A stretch of DNA of 61,002 bases, counting the filler, from Aduncisulcus paluster (lineage: Eukaryota): assembly GCA_024181965.1 (NCBI GenBank). It is 3 parts of 3 records of this genome, joined end to end, with 100 filler letters (N's around TTAATTAATTAA, not from the genome) between each part and the next. Parts side by side here need not be neighbours in the genome. Positions count along the whole stretch, not along the records: positions 29,849 to 47,344 come from BQXS01013865.1; positions 47,445 to 61,002 come from BQXS01013920.1; 1 more part is not named here. One strand, written 5' to 3'. Under the pieces are notes generated by a model. That model did not search any database, was not told the DNA's origin, and was given only the letters and a program-made list of their open reading frames with translations. The translations under genes and the position numbers were made by a program. Shown one piece after another: positions 46,801 through 57,100 of this stretch (the stretch's first letter is position 1; every line of letters starts with the position of its first letter).

Positions 46801-47330
46801 TAATAGGTTTCCATGTTTGAATGAATTGATTTGATAATAGGACGAAATGAAATGAGAATATATTCAATGAAAGAAAAAAGAGAGAGAATATTTGAAAAAC
46901 TATTCGTATAATATGCAAGAAAATTATCATAATCTCCCAATAAACTCTCAAATTCTCTTTCAATTCTATATTTAGAATCCTCATTAAATGAGTAATAATA
47001 AAGGTGATCCCTGTCACATTCATTCTCTTCGTCATCATCATCATCATCATCTCTCTCTTTCTCACGAGGTCTAAAAATAGACTTTTTGGCAAGTTCATAC
47101 ATATTTTTTATCTTAGAATCATCAGTGTCATTTTGATACCAAGATAGCCCACTTGTGATATTTTTAAAATGAATATTATGCAGATATGATCTCTTGAAAT
47201 ATTCTCGTAGAATGAAAAGATTGTTTAAATCGCCAACTAAAGATGCCGTCAACGGAAAAGGAGGAAAAGAAGAAGAAGAAGAAGAAAAAGAGGAACAAGA
47301 AGTTGGAGAAGAGCCTCCAGGATAACTCAT
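43836..47330 (-). CDS. Hypothetical 1,164 aa protein with LRR-like repeats, acidic tracts and a C-terminal KOW-like motif; possibly 5' partial
   Basis: SLESIKLNEC, VQFLDLSDNIISD, NLEYLKI, KLKCITF and NIKYLQFS are LRR-like; EGCDVVVIKG..RYIGTVRSI is KOW-like; the frame stays open to the contig end at 47344. Confidence 0.75.
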   Translation of the reverse strand: MSYPGGSSPTSCSSFSSSSSSFPPFPLTASLVGDLNNLFILREYFKRSYLHNIHFKNITSGLSWYQNDTDDSKIKNMYELAKKSIFRPREKERDDDDDDDEENECDRDHLYYYSFNEDSKYRIEREFESLLGDYDNFLAYYTNSFSNILSLFSFIEYILISFRPIIKSIHSNMETYYNEIVSNEEEREEREEREEEEEDEEEDEEEDEEEDEEEDEEGDEEKEEEELKKQKVESIVFQLKQISSWIASVYAQLQEDISSLFADDHTICEDQHGYYGISFGEVISKIREDEKEIDTKIDPCKKFAAKLKLSNYDLLISPIQRLFSCGIPPSLESIKLNECLVSSSCWASLALHQSAFPLKEFVFSNMRQNIDSPFFLFLLFSIRNSVQFLDLSDNIISDYSYLLPQLCSFLNLEYLKIYKDIPLPLIWYILQDLPKLKCITFGKPPLEEPLFPINSPVPGALYSVNGQCSCIFPINPAKAKDPSCVPFVRDYQSPLCTSTEINNPGRQLDGFIPHSFREIPLENPISELIGMNNPILPSILPRKIHVSAFPSIFSLVRLTKISPFFSTSQAPCSSCSSCSSPSSQHCSSQELSQEPIFGLVMRKELHNVVAVATRYGVQYVDVNSVRMVMPILPSDSSQESKEITQHLSSSSSSSSSSSSSSSSSSCSSTFCPGKYLGRNPERALFSQFCSIISPISTYTKCIDFKGLTAVYCKDILPFVTDLLNPIRQKTPMISSDRLSIDTITFPIGFFMQLNALNLRYFFSFLTLIVPNIKYLQFSSLPLGQGFNILCHFIRDMQELREIVICEGCMIKQESMDSLSSVMNSKCKLTVQCVIHRSQWKQNHNQNYRAGFVERKGRKQGVENDMRCTKLCDSIVYPFDLPLPVPSPKCMVIIPQSCFSPQQMRNFPHLDLLTRRLGFCEEITIGSEINGEEGVVLSQPTTEISTICNVFHPYLGSILVPKKDLMLCVEGDQRSMIFKRILSNFRVYLKSTCLHTINTNLFFPFIHIPSSDGHTLYNLSSLHWCIPYEPLVEGCDVVVIKGAEESERYIGTVRSIQGNHVQLTKYCPSNQYKGKEEESDEESSSSSDSANNSNDNSGHEGGSFGFGFGGLDMEYDSEEEELEKESIESCIRMFSVDLAKEPIEFCFNSFEMSGGYVELFFEDIV
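46660..46780 (-). repeat. Coding tandem repeats (12-mer EEDE and 9-mer EER units)
   Basis: (tcttcctcttca)n and (tctctttct)n arrays encoding an acidic tract. Confidence 0.85.
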
Positions 47331-47344
47331 GTGCCATTCTTCAA

Positions 47345-47444
47345 NNNNNNNNNNNNNNNNNNNNNNNNNNNNNNNNNNNNNNNNNNNNTTAATTAATTAA
47401 NNNNNNNNNNNNNNNNNNNNNNNNNNNNNNNNNNNNNNNNNNNN
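47345..47444. other. Artificial contig linker N44-TTAATTAATTAA-N44
   Basis: Identical to the linker at 29749. Confidence 0.97.
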
Positions 47445-47445
47445 G

Positions 47446-48345
47446 GGCAAACAAAGAATAGAAGCTCGACAGATTCGAGATTGTGTTCTTAGAATGAATG
47501 AAATTGAAACGAACCCCAGTCTTATATTGATATTCATCAAATCACAGATCTTAGATCTCTTAAAGAAAGTTGCCAAAATGAATCAATCTGTTTTTGAACC
47601 TTTTGTATTTAAATTTGAGTATTTTACGGAACATTTGAAACAAATTAAAGTGACTTTTTTTGGCAATATTGGCGAAAGTACCGAAAGACATTCTGGACGA
47701 CCATCGAAAAGGAGAGGAAAGGGAGTCACTGATCATGATACAACTGAGAAGAAGAAAATGACACAAACATTCATTAACAGTTTCTCAAATCTTGTTATTT
47801 CTGCCGATTTATATTGTAAAATAATGGAATGGAAATCAGGCCCGAAAACATCCAAATGTGAGTTTCTTCTGAACGAATGGAGAAAGTTGCCTTTCCCAAT
47901 TAAGAAAGAATTTGGTATTTCATGGTGTGCACATCCTATTATTCATATGTTTAGAGCCCATCTTGAATGTCTAACAATATATTTCAACGCTTCTATAGAT
48001 GAGTGGATGTCTAGGACAACAAAAGCTGGGAAACCAATGAAAAATACCATGGAAAAATATGAAGTGAATGAAAGTCTGTTGACGATACCTCCTTGGCTCG
48101 GTGAAGAAGCTATTCATCTCTCACATCGAAGAAGGTTGCTGCAAAAGAAGCCAGAGTTTTATTTCTCAAAGTTTGGGAAGACTGAAGAAGAGCTACCAGA
48201 GGTTCCTTCTCAGGATTATATTTGGTATAGTCCAGGGGATTCTCAAGAAGCTCCTTATTACTATGTTATTCATTCCTCGAAGAGTCGACAATCAGTCGAG
48301 TTGAAGGGTATGTTATTTAAGCTTAAAGATATCATTTCCCTTTGA
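47446..48345 (+). CDS. MSMEG_6728-family / pyrimidine-dimer DNA glycosylase (T4 endonuclease V)-like protein, 5' partial
   Basis: The frame is open upstream of the listed ATG and reads GKQRIEARQI. Downstream are WCAHPIIHMF, YFNASIDEW, PPWLGEEAIHLSHRRRLLQKKPEFY and DYIW, the family's motifs in order. Confidence 0.85.
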   Translation, partial: GKQRIEARQIRDCVLRMNEIETNPSLILIFIKSQILDLLKKVAKMNQSVFEPFVFKFEYFTEHLKQIKVTFFGNIGESTERHSGRPSKRRGKGVTDHDTTEKKKMTQTFINSFSNLVISADLYCKIMEWKSGPKTSKCEFLLNEWRKLPFPIKKEFGISWCAHPIIHMFRAHLECLTIYFNASIDEWMSRTTKAGKPMKNTMEKYEVNESLLTIPPWLGEEAIHLSHRRRLLQKKPEFYFSKFGKTEEELPEVPSQDYIWYSPGDSQEAPYYYVIHSSKSRQSVELKGMLFKLKDIISL

Positions 48346-48596
48346 ATTGTCTTGTATTATTCCTTGCAACAGTGTATTTCATGAATTATTTTCATTTGAA
48401 ATTTGCCTCTCCATATCTTCTGTTAATACATATATTTTTTGCAAAAAATTAATAAAATGTTAATATTTCTGTAAATTAAACTAAAATTTCTCTGGGCTAA
48501 TAATTTTATTAACCCATCTTATCGTGACTACGATTTTCGGAAATTGGTTCGTATAAAGGAATATTTGTCTAGCATATTACGTTTTATTATCTTAAA

Positions 48597-49670
48597 ATGA
48601 CATATGCAAATAGTTATGTTAAAAGATATCTTGCACAAACAAGACAACCCGATCCAGACCAACCAATAATCACATCTCGTTTTATAAAGGAAAAAGACGT
48701 TGCACAAAAAGTTCTTGGATCTAGACCTCGGGAACCAAGACCTTCAGCAAAGAGATTTTCCAAAGAAAAAGAAGTTTGCGCCCGGGTCGCGGCTACAAAG
48801 AAACAATATGAAAAACGTCACATAAAAGGGTCTTCCATCCATCAAAAACTTGACAAAAGAAGGATTCAAACTCTTAAGATGCAGAGGGATTCTGTTAGTG
48901 GAATTAGGACCGATATTTCATTGCCCGTTGATAAATCTGATCCATATGCCTTGACTGACGTTCAATTGAGTGAATTGCCTGAAGGATTCCACCCTGCAAA
49001 CAAACTTACTCGTTCCTTATATAGAATATCTCAAGTTGATGCCGAAGGTCTTCTTCGTGCTGCCCGTAAGACTGCCAGTGCTGAATGTCTCATTCCCGCA
49101 CAAGAAGCTGCATTAAAGAGTATTCAATATCAAGTTAATAAGCTTAGAGCTGCTGTTATTAGCTCTCGATTGGCCCGTGGTGTCCCTGAAGAATATGCGG
49201 AACCATACACCGACTATGAAGAAAGGCAGAGAATGGAACAAGAAAAAGTGGAAAAAGAAAAGAAATTGGAGCATCGTGAATCAAGAAAAGACCCTATTGA
49301 TTATAAAAAAGATACTTTCTTCGTTGGGGATGCCATCCCTGCTCTAGAGTCTGCCCTTGTTGATAGGTCTATTATTGACAAGGAAAAACGTCTTCATGAA
49401 GAGGTTAAACGTATGACTGATCTCAGAATCAGGTTCCTTAGAGAATATAGGTATGAAATGTATTCAAGACCCACTGTGACCCCTGATATTGATGAAAAGG
49501 CAAATACTTTCAGCAGAATGAACAAGAAAAGGGCTAAAATGCTCCATAGTGAACCTGGAAGAGTGCTTAGAGGGGATGTATTACAATGTCATAGAGTTCG
49601 GTCGACAGAACAGAAAATGTTGAAAAGAATTCGGGATCTTGAGCGGTTAAGAACGAATACTATTGTATAA
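48597..49670 (+). CDS. Hypothetical basic coiled-coil protein (357 aa)
   Basis: Long ORF between AT-rich spacers, R/K/E-rich; no family recognised. Confidence 0.78.
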   Translation: MTYANSYVKRYLAQTRQPDPDQPIITSRFIKEKDVAQKVLGSRPREPRPSAKRFSKEKEVCARVAATKKQYEKRHIKGSSIHQKLDKRRIQTLKMQRDSVSGIRTDISLPVDKSDPYALTDVQLSELPEGFHPANKLTRSLYRISQVDAEGLLRAARKTASAECLIPAQEAALKSIQYQVNKLRAAVISSRLARGVPEEYAEPYTDYEERQRMEQEKVEKEKKLEHRESRKDPIDYKKDTFFVGDAIPALESALVDRSIIDKEKRLHEEVKRMTDLRIRFLREYRYEMYSRPTVTPDIDEKANTFSRMNKKRAKMLHSEPGRVLRGDVLQCHRVRSTEQKMLKRIRDLERLRTNTIV

Positions 49671-50079
49671 ATGTAAAAATATTGCCAATAATTATTTTTT
49701 CGTCGAATAAAATAAATGATTTCTGCTAGTTTATGTGATGATATACATTGATAAAAATATAAAATTATTTTATACTGTGTGGTTTTACAAAAGATATAAC
49801 TACGAAATCTAAACATATTGCTGAAATAAGGCCAGTAAGTTTGTGTTGACAGAATCAAGAACTTTTGAATCACAACATTATCTACATCTCATTTTTTTAA
49901 TTTTATTTAGCAATTATTTATTGTTTACTTGTATGTACTTTTGATTTTTTTAATTGTTGTTGCTGTGCCATCAATTTTGTTTTATCGTGCCTTCCTAGAA
50001 TTAACAATCTAAATATACGATTAATTTTATAATGCCGTGCATATTTTATGGTACTTTTCAATGCTTTTTCTGTATTTAG

Positions 50080-53000
50080 ATGGGGAACGATTTGTCAAAA
50101 GTATGTAGTCTTCTTTTATATATTTCATATAACTATTTCTCATCGGTCTTATTATTTAAACTGCTATTTTCTTTTTGTAGCCGTTATTTCTCCATGAAGG
50201 AACTTTCCGGAATATTCCACTTCCTCGTGACTCCTTTCATGCAATTAATCCTTCAATGGCGAAAATTACTGCTAAAAACACATTCAATAAGGGTAATTCC
50301 AATTTTAATCAGAACTTGAATGCTCAACGTGTCATAGCTGGGGTTGATTGTGTTGGTACTTTCACTCATATTTCCATACCTTTCTCAGCCCCCACCCACG
50401 TAAAAGGAGCTTATATTTGTGTTAATCGTGTCACTGGTCCAGCCGTTCTTACCCTCACTTTGATCCAATCCAGCGGTAGTAAGTCTCACATTTCATATGA
50501 TTTCAGGGTCTTTCAAGATGATCCAAGTCTGAAGGAGTCCAACTGGTTTCTTCTCTCTGTTGACATTCCACGTGCTATTATGTGTGAGATTAAAGGGAAA
50601 GGATTCGATGGGAAGGCTTATTCAATCAACTCTCTCATGTTCTTCCAAGAAGAATCTCGTGAACAATTGGAATACCGTGAGAGCAAATTGAAAGTTCTTG
50701 AGAAATTGTGGTCGCTTTCTACTCCTATAATGCCAAAACTTATTTCTTGTGATCCTGATAAATTTCCAGTCGCTTCGGATGTTCCAAGTGTATTGTATCC
50801 CGATTACCATCTTATTCAGGCTCGGAATGAGCTTGTTTCTCCCGTTTCTACTCGATACAATCAGAGTTTCAATGCCCAGAAAATGATTGCAAGGCATGAA
50901 TTTGTGTCAAGTGTCACTCTTACACATATGTTGGTCCCCTTTTCATCGCCTTGTTCGATAAAAGGAGTGTATACTTATGTTGATCATAGATATTGCTCTC
51001 CTCAACTTTTGTTCATTCTGACACATGCTTCTGAAAAGAAATCTGTTCGTAAGTTTGATTTTTCTGAGTTTGGTGACCTTAAAAGCTGGGTTTTTTTACC
51101 CTTTGATCTGTCTCTTGTCACCAAATGTGAAATTGTTGGAAGAGGAACTTGGGAAAACAAAAATTTCAGAGATTTCATGATTAAACATCTTATTTTCATA
51201 CAACCCGAAGATGAACAGACTCTTGTGAGACACAAAACTCCAGAACCTCCCTTGAAGCTTCCTGTATGTTTATAATATTTAAATTTTTATTCTGTATTTG
51301 AATTTTCATTTCCATTGATTATATCTTATGTATTATGTTTTTTGCTTCTTATATTTAGTTTGTTGATGCTCAATACCTCCATCCGGGGAAGCAAGAGACT
51401 ATTCCCATCCCTCGTAAAGATCCCAGTGTTATCCAAGCCAATATTTCAAGGACGCGTGGTTTCCATGAAAATCATAAACCTGGGACTCGTGGTTATGATG
51501 AGTCTAAATTTGCCAAAGAAATGATGGAGGGCAAATGGATCGTTGTTTGTACCCATCTCATCATTCCTTTATACAAACCCACTAATATCAAGGGAGCTTA
51601 CATTAATTGTGTCAGAGATTATGGTCCACCCGAATTGATGTTCACTTTCACATGTTTTGGTGGAGAAAAGAAGGCAATTCGCTATCGTTTTCCTCAGCCA
51701 AAAGATGACAGTGACACAAGAGATTGGTTTTGGCTTCCTATTGACTTAACTTGCGTTGACCAATGTGAGATTCGAGGCAGAGGGACATGGAGACATCCTA
51801 GCGCTTATTATTATAAAGGTGATTCGTATTTCCGGATTGATTCTCTCCTTTTCATTCATGGTGAAAAATCGTCAAGTGATATTGAAATTCAGAAGCCTGC
51901 AATTGCTTCGTATCTTGATGTTGACAATATGTCATCATTTAATTTCGATATACCCAGTACAACTCAAGCAGATGTTGAAGAGATTGAAATATTTTCAAAA
52001 TCGGAAGGGGAAACTCCAGCTCCTTCACCTCCCTATGAAATATCTGCTGAAAAACGAGAAGCTCGAAGAAGATCGTTTGTTCAACAAAACCCTATTAAAC
52101 CAAGCTCTACAAAATCTGTAAAATCGCCTGTTGTGAGCTCAAGTTCTGCAGGGAAAAACAATCCAAAGAAGTCAAGAAAACTCCAATCCGTTGATGACCA
52201 ACAGTTTAGATCTCTCGAACCCCAGAGAAGAACCCTGGAAAAAGAAGCTGTTTTGCAAAAATATGCAAAGAAATCCAGAGAATTTGAGCAATCTTCAATG
52301 AAACGAAGAGTTAGTATCGATAAGGTAACAACTTATGGTGAGAAATCACAGAATCCTCCCAATCCTGAGTCACCAAAGCCAATGAAATTATCTTCTCCCA
52401 ACAAGAAACTTGTTGTTTCTTCCTATGACTCCTCTTCACCTTCTATATCTTCTTCTTCTTCTCAGCAACCATCTCATTCAAAAACAAAGAATCCCCAAGA
52501 TCTGTCTGATGGCAATGAAGTGAGCAGGCGCGAGGATCATTCTACTCCTCTGCATGTGCGCTCACATGATTCTTTTGTCCTGACTTCATCATCAACGATC
52601 ACTCCTCAGTGTATCATTGGAAGTGGAGGATTTGGAGAAGTTCTTCTTGTGAAAGTTGACGGTATTCCTTTCCCCTGTGTTCTTAAGAGAATGCTGAAGG
52701 TGGCAGATGAAACAGTTGTAAAAGGCTGTAAAAAGGAATTCAAGATGCAACTCAAACTGTTTAATAATCCAAAATGTTTCAATCGTATCCCACGTCCTCT
52801 GTATATTCTTGATCTGCTTGATGACAACTTCAAGGGTGTTTATGGATTCTTAATGGAATATTGTGCTGGAGGGAGTGTAAATTCCTTTGCAAAGAGTTGG
52901 TGTGCTGATGGTAAGTATGTACGTGTTGATGAGGATGATGAAGAATCTTCTTCTGCATCTACTTCCGTCCATGGCATTTTGTTATTTGATCCCATGACAC

Positions 53001-53788
53001 TGAACCCTGTGAAAGTGTGTTCGTTATGTGTTGGAATGATCGAATGTCTAGATGATGTGTTCATGGCTAAGTCAAAGCTTGTGCATCGGGATGTCAAACC
53101 TGACAACTTCTTAATTCGCGTTGATCCCAAAGATGGAGAATGTACTGTAGTTCTTGCTGATCTTGGATTCGTTCATATCCAGGATTCTATATCTTCTTCT
53201 GCGTCTTCTCAGACTATTTCTGTTTCTACACAGAAAGATGAAGAAGAAGGATCCGTTTGTGGAACGTATGTATTCAACTCATATGAGGCCTTGAAATATG
53301 GTGAACAATCTCAAGGTAGTGATGGTCATTCTCTTGGAATGTCCATTCTTTCTTTGTTCCTTTGTTCTCCTCCTTTCCTTGGGCATCCTGCATTGAGGGG
53401 GATCACAAACGGAGTTTCATTTATTTCAAAGATGACCGAATTGATGGAAAAGGGTATGATTCCACTCTTATCTCGTGCTGATCTTTTTTCGTCTCTCCTG
53501 ACAATCGAAGATGGGAAGTACGAACCCGTCCACAAATGCTTGGATGAAATATTTATTGGTCTAACCCAAATGGATCTCAAGAAGAGAATGAGTGTTCATG
53601 AAGCTCGTGTTAAAGTTCAATCCATCAAATCTTTTTTGCCCAAGATTGGAGAAGGATGGAAATGTCCCTCAATTGACGATATTATTTCCATCCAACGTAT
53701 CAAATATCATCGAATTGGAGATATAGAAGGTTCTGGTCCTTCAGACATTCAGATTTCACATGGATGGGATGATAGTTTGGCGAAGTAA
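50080..53788 (+). CDS. Ser/Thr protein kinase (~1,177 aa) with N-myristoylation-like start and three tandem copies of an unnamed beta-rich domain; exons 50080-50100, 50181-51263, 51359-53788
   Basis: Two phase 0 introns join the ORFs in frame. MGNDLSK start; kinase motifs IGSGGFGEV, VLKRM, MEYCAGG, HRDVKPDN, ADLG, CGTYVFNSYE. Confidence 0.88.
50101..50180 (+). other. Spliceosomal intron (80 nt, phase 0)
   Basis: GTATGT donor, TTTTTGTAG acceptor; joins MGNDLSK to PLFLHEG in the frame of ORF 50256. Confidence 0.82.
51264..51358 (+). other. Spliceosomal intron (95 nt, phase 0)
   Basis: GTATGT donor, TTTAG acceptor; removes the stop at 51275 and continues in the frame of ORF 51521. Confidence 0.85.
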
Positions 53789-53929
53789 GTGTTTTTTTTT
53801 TTTTTTTGTTTGTTTGTTTGTTTGTTTAACTGCTGCTTAAAATAATAACCTTGATAATACCATAATATTTGGTCAATAATAATGCGAATAATAAAGAAGA
53901 AGAACTCTTCGGGAAATTAATCATGTCCA

Positions 53930-54087
53930 AACTTCATGAATTGAGCTCAATTCTGTCCGAAGTCTTCGGGCCGAAGATATGTGGCCAGGACTTTAGTTAA
54001 GAGATCTTTTAACAGATCCCTCTAATCGGCATTTAGTTTATTAAAAATATTAATAATCTCTCTTGTCACAGGATTCCACGGTGGAAA
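53930..54087. other. Cluster of short palindromes/inverted repeats between convergent genes
   Basis: GAATTGAGCTCAATTC (53938-53953, perfect), CCGAAG-T-CTTCGG, CTTCGG-G-CCGAAG, GTTAAGAGATCTTTTAAC, TTCCAC-G-GTGGAA. Confidence 0.6.
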
Positions 54088-54184
54088 GGAATAATATTGT
54101 TTGTAATTTGAATGGCAGTATATTGTAACTTGTATAAAATGAATAAAAATATGAGGTTGTTTGATCGAAGCAAATTTTTGAAGA

Positions 54185-57100
54185 TTATTTTGCTTTCTTT
54201 TTCCGATGTTTTTTAGTAGATGCCAATGGAGTTTTTGTCTTCTTTGTTTCTTTTGGTTCATCAACTTCATGTATAATGGACAAGAAAGTCTCTTCAAGGG
54301 ATGGCAATGTTACAAATACGTCAATAATATCGAATTCTTCTTGTTTTCTAAGAGGAGCATTAATTACATCGGTCACAAAATGTGATTTCAAGACCGATAT
54401 CGTTAAGATACTCTGCTTCGAACGAGCGACATATACCACAGAAGCCAAATCAGAACCATAATATCCTCGTGAAGGAAGAATGCTAGTAATTGTACTGACA
54501 AGTCGAGAATCACGGATATCTCGGTCATGTTGGTCTTTTGTAGGCTTTGAGAACATAATATTGAGGAAAAATTCCCGCCCATAATCACTCCGTAATCGTT
54601 TTGGACTCTTTGATACAATCATTTTACCACGATGAAGCACTCCAACATCAGTGGAAAGGGCTTCTGCTTCATCCAAGGAGTGAGTAGTGAGTAAAACAGA
54701 AGAAAATGTTTTTCCTATGCTCAAAATTCTCCAAACACCTCGCTTCATCACAGGATCAAGCCCTGATGTTGGTTCATCGGCAATCAGAATTCGAGGTCGT
54801 GATGAAAATGCCATGATCAGACTCAAACGCCGCTTCATACCACCAGATAAAGCTTCAGCAGGAAGATGCCGGTGATTTTGAAGGTTTGCAAGATTAAATA
54901 GCAAAACCATTTCTTCCTCAGACAATTCACTCCCATGAAGGGAAGATATCAACTTAAGATGGTTTTGACAAGATAATTTTGGCCATAACATGTCATGTTG
55001 TGGGCATATTGATACAATTCCAGAACTTACAATGCCTGTCATAGATTCAGAACTATCATTGATTGATTCTCCATCAATATATATTGCTCCTCCTTCCACT
55101 TGAAGCTGACCAGTGATTGTTCCACAACATGTACTCTTTCCACTCCCATTTACACCCAATAAACAGTAACAGTGCCCATCATCAATGGAAAAAGTCACAT
55201 TTTTAAGCGCTTGGAATCCATTCTCATATGAGTAAAACACTCTATCTACGCCAAGAATTATTGCATTGTCCTTTGAATCTTTCTTGGAGTTTGCCATCGC
55301 TCGCATTTTGTGTGTAATTTCCGATGGAGTTGCACCAAGCCGAGGAGCTCTAAGTTGATCCAAATCTTTAGGAGCAGTGAAATCGGGAGAATTCATTCTT
55401 TGTCCCTTTTCCAACTGCTTATTCCGTTTCAATCGACTGAAAATGCTTGCACATGACAAATAACTAGGTGATGAGAACTTAATATACATAAATATGAGTG
55501 ACATCCCCAAATATGTGACACATTCTGATGAGAGAAATATGATATTTTGAACGCTATGGTGGTACAAACTCCATTCAAAGATATTGCTATGAGCATTATA
55601 CACCTGATCAAACTGAGAAAACAGAGAAACAATGGGGAATTGAGGCAATAAATATGATATTGAAACACCTCCAAATTGAGTATCAAAAAAGCAGGAACAT
55701 CCTGCAATAATTTGGAGAAAAAGGGATGAAATAAAGCTGATAACTATGGCAGATTTCACACGGTCACAAAATATACTGATGGCAAATGAGAATGTGAAAG
55801 AAGCTTGGAGGGAGATGAAAATACAGAAAAATAGTGAAGCCATATTAACCAAATTTGAGTCAGACACAAAAATATCTGTAATATTTAAGATTAACAAAGA
55901 TAATGCCAGTAAGAAAGCAGTCAAAAGAGATATGAGAGTGTTGAAAAAGACAAGAGATAACCAATATTCCAAACACTTGACCCCATGTAATCGAAGAAGA
56001 ACAATCTGACCATTGGCCCGCTCAGTAACAGTTGTGTATACCTGATAAAAAGCCAAAAGTGAGAAACACATCGGAATAATTAATCCACGGAACAAGATAC
56101 GATAATCAAGATCGTAAGAAGGGTCTTCAACAAGTATTGGAAATGCTTGGCTTGCAGAAACAATCTGAACTTCATTTGCAGGGAGAGATGAAGGTAAAGG
56201 CATATCAATAATTTTGGATCCCTCGGGAATAATATTGAGTAAATCGTCAAGGATGGATGTCGTTGTCTTACCATCATCTTCTTCATTATCGAAATAGGCC
56301 TCGATCATATCGGCAATAGAGGCATTGTTATCATGAGATAGCAAATCGTTCTCTTGGAGCCATAGTCTCTCGTTCAACGCAGATCTCAGAGCCATGGTTG
56401 AAAACCTCGAAACAAGATCATTCAGGGAAGTTGTGAACATTGCTGGCAATCTGGATGCACTCCATTGGTCACTAAACTCGTAGTAATATGATGGATATGA
56501 GTATGTTGGCAGTAAAACTTGTGTTTGGACAACTTCTCCTCTTGTGGTCCAATCACTAGAAGTATAACTCGATACTTCTGTCTTGTGATAAGCAAGGGAA
56601 CACACAGTACGATTGTAATACGGTCCAATGACTTGGGGAAGGAAAGTATGCATATCGTAAGAAAATGACGATCCCACTTCATTTGCATAGATGTAAAGCC
56701 CACAAGTCATGGCTTCAGTGAAGAATTCAGTCCTTATCTCAGCTTTAGTAGTTTCATCCGAAGCATTGTTCAAGGAATTGTAGATTGAATTCAATGAACG
56801 CACACATTCAGTGCCAATTTCTTCGATCGTTGAGGATGATTGTGTTATTTTGAGGATCATTCTTTCAATAATATCATCCTCAATAGAAACATAATCATTG
56901 AAAGAAATACCGGCCATGGGGAAAAGGGCATTACAATACTGTCCAAATTCAGCAAATGCATTTGGAGTGTTTCTTTCAAGGACAACCATCTCATCTGAGC
57001 CCATCTGAGCCTCAAGAATGGAGGCATGAAGCGTGGAAGGATCAGAAGATGACATATCAAATGTAAATCCACGGTATAATAGACGTGTTTGTTCATTTTC

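Noticed and set aside
47758..47790. MTQTFINSF as the true start of the endonuclease V-like protein (resembles the family's MQTF start)
   Set aside because: The conserved GKQRIE motif lies upstream in the same frame, so the real start is beyond the contig edge
49735..49824. Possible C/D snoRNA (GTGATGA...CTGA)
   Set aside because: AT-rich 3' spacer with no clear terminal stem or recognisable rRNA guide; likely chance
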